This document shows positions 25,956 to 26,683 of a stretch of DNA of 26,683 bases, one piece after another. The notes beneath the pieces were generated by a model, which did not search any database, was not told the DNA's origin, and worked only from the letters and a program-made list of their open reading frames with translations. Every line of letters starts with the position of its first letter. Positions within the stretch are counted from its first letter, which is position 1. Origin of the DNA: Armatimonadota bacterium (GTDB lineage: Bacteria; Sysuimicrobiota; Sysuimicrobiia; Sysuimicrobiales; Humicultoraceae). The translations under genes and the position numbers were made by a program. Location of the stretch: contig JBQTJP010000043.1 in assembly GCA_052386995.1 (NCBI GenBank), positions 1-26,683 on the forward strand, read 5' to 3'.

Positions 25956-26683
25956 ATGGACCCATATCTGCAGTCTTCCATGGCTCGGCTCTCTGATCAC
26001 GAACTCGTCGCGCGGGTGAAACAACTCGTCACGCGCGAGCGAGAGGTCACGGTGACCCTCATCACCCATTTGGCGGAGCTCGACACGCGGTGTCTCTACC
26101 TGGCCGAGGGTTACTCGTCGCTGTTCGTCTACTGCACGCAGGTCCTTCATCTCTCCGAGCACGCCGCCTACGGGCGCATCACAGCCGCCCGGGCCGCCCG
26201 GAAGTTCCCGGTGATTCTCGACATGCTCGGTGAGGGATGCGTGAACCTCACGACCGTAGTGCTCCTGGCGGCGCACCTGACTCCTGACAATCACCGCGAC
26301 CTCCTCGATGCCGCAAGAGACAAGACCAGGCGACAGATCGAGGAACTAGTCGCGCGGCTGCGCCCGCAGCCAGACGTCCCGGCCTCCGTCCGCCGGCTCC
26401 CGAATGCACATCATGCCTCCGCACCGCCCGCGGCACAGGATACCGCAGCAGACTCCACACCGGCCAATGACGCGCAGGAGGTTGCATCCCTGGAACGACT
26501 GACTCTGGCGCCCGCACCACCTCCTGCGCGGCCAGCGGTCGTGGCGCCCCTCGCACCCCAGCGCTATAAGATCCAGTTCACGGCTAACAGCGAGACCTAC
26601 GAGAAGCTGCGGCGCGCGCAGGACCTCTTGCGCCACCAGATTCCCGACGGAGATGTCGGCCAGATCATCGATCGGGCCCTGAC
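25956..26683 (+). CDS. DUF222-like protein, usually with a C-terminal HNH endonuclease; truncated by window end
   Basis: Open frame absent from the ORF track: MDPYLQSSMARLSDHELVARVKQLVTRER...HLAELDTR.LYLAEGYSSLFVYCT..LHLSE.AAY.RI.AARAARKFP...PLAPQRYKIQFTA..E..EKL.RAQDLLRH. The HNH domain itself is not visible. Confidence 0.75.
   Translation, partial: MDPYLQSSMARLSDHELVARVKQLVTREREVTVTLITHLAELDTRCLYLAEGYSSLFVYCTQVLHLSEHAAYGRITAARAARKFPVILDMLGEGCVNLTTVVLLAAHLTPDNHRDLLDAARDKTRRQIEELVARLRPQPDVPASVRRLPNAHHASAPPAAQDTAADSTPANDAQEVASLERLTLAPAPPPARPAVVAPLAPQRYKIQFTANSETYEKLRRAQDLLRHQIPDGDVGQIIDRAL

Overview
GC-rich bacterial window with no rRNA, tRNA or CRISPR array. Both solute-binding proteins (SBPs) have Sec-type signal peptides without a lipobox, suggesting a diderm host. 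Left to right: the end of an amidohydrolase-like gene; a frameshifted MerC-like gene; a divergent queuosine-salvage (QNG1/DUF2419-like) glycosylase with an extra 4-Cys motif heading an Opp/Dpp-type ABC operon (SBP + 2 permeases); an HxlR regulator divergent from cupin + RidA genes; a decayed adenylate-cyclase/methyltransferase chimera; a minus-strand operon of SBP, 2 permeases, two tandem M55 (DppA-like) peptidases and an MmgE/PrpD protein, divergent from RidA + D-2-hydroxyacid dehydrogenase; a small defence-like island (broken AbrB antitoxin, SLOG-4TM/SLATT-like protein, TIR-TM-extracytoplasmic protein, vapBC); a third Opp/Dpp cluster (permeases + ATPases, no SBP); a thioesterase remnant; and a DUF222/HNH-type gene running off the end. 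The best novelty candidates are the SLOG-SLATT + membrane-anchored TIR pair (Thoeris-like logic) and the QNG1-like/ABC importer operon. All family calls come from motif recognition by eye, not database searches.
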